Position numbers and translations under genes: made by a program. From the NCBI GenBank assembly GCA_047495785.1, contig JBLDXI010000020.1, positions 682,001 to 746,000 on the forward strand: a stretch of DNA of 64,000 bases. Reading direction: 5' to 3'. Of this stretch, positions 63,376 to 64,000 are shown one piece after another. Below the pieces are notes generated by a model. It saw only the letters and a program-made list of their open reading frames with translations. It ran no database searches and had not been told where the DNA came from. Position 1 is the first letter of the stretch. Every line of letters starts with the position of its first letter. The DNA comes from Lepidodermella squamata. Taxonomy: Eukaryota; Animalia; Gastrotricha.

Positions 63376-64000
63376 TTACCGTGTCATGGCAACAACATTT
63401 GGCAATTTTTTAAATCGATGTTTGATAGCAAGAAAATGATTATTTATAAAGGTAAAAATCCACGAAAATTGAGCTCCATAACGAGCGAACAGAGCGAATA
63501 AAACAGAAACAGCGATTCTTAACACCGCCAAATAGGCGATAGTTATATACCAAGAAACCACGCGGTAACGATCGCGGTTAAATAGGACAAACATGGTCAT
63601 GGTCATCGAGTTGCGATCAAGCAGGCCGAAAGTGTAACCCGTTGTTGGGGCTCGACTACCACCCAACCACCAGAGCTGCGAGAGATACGACACAGGTGGG
63701 ATGAGAATATGCGGCTGGGTTCCGCCACGGCCGCCTCCGTCAGTAGCACTCGGCAAGCGGAACGAGACTGAATCTAATTCATTTCTACAAATATGAATTC
63801 AATAAAATCTGATAAAAAAAAGGGTATTTTAGCTTACTCGAGAGTGACCCAACGCACTATTGGAGCTAGTGGCTGGCCTCCTGCTCCGAGGGTCAAACAG
63901 TTACTGCAAAGCATGATGCCGAAATCGGCCGAAACAGAAATCACAGCATGAGGTGCAAAGTCTCGAACAATTTCCACGCCCGCTTTACTGATGTAGCCAT
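63376..64000 (-). CDS. 3' part of a probable MPPE1/Cdc1-like metallophosphoesterase with a C-terminal TM segment (runs off the window)
   Basis: IVRDFAPHAVIS, HILIPPVSY...GYTFGLLD...FVLFNRDRY followed by a TM helix. This resembles the C-terminal EITVPTCSY...GYG...LWLP.R+TM pattern of this family. Donor GTAAGC at ~63837. Confidence 0.45.

Overview
Eukaryotic (invertebrate animal) genomic DNA from a compact genome. Genes are dense, most spliceosomal introns are about 45-60 bp, the genetic code is standard, and a short interstitial (TTAGGG)n tract is present. Recognisable genes, in order: a mucin-like type I membrane protein, NDUFAF5, a Ras GTPase, four neprilysin (M13)-like genes, TADA3, TCP1/CCT1, a HAUS1-like gene, DGK-theta, ARNT, two tandem SRP54 paralogues, MRPS11, MRTO4, ELL, MED30 and a partial MPPE1/Cdc1-like gene. 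Several MITE/foldback elements lie at 30.7-34.4 kb and 60.3-60.6 kb. The most notable feature is the M13 cluster (10775-23430). All four genes are intact but lack every zinc-ligand and catalytic residue. They fall into two distinct subtypes and form a head-to-head subtype-1/subtype-2 cassette that was duplicated as a unit. One of the two shared promoters is GATA-rich and symmetric. This is a candidate two-component pseudo-peptidase (receptor or binding) system. Other highlights: an intronless NDUFAF5 only 68 bp upstream of Ras (shared leader exon or operon), and SRP54 duplicates with a gene-conversion tract and a Met-depleted M-domain tail in one copy. All gene models were built by eye from splice signals and remembered family motifs; no database search was run.
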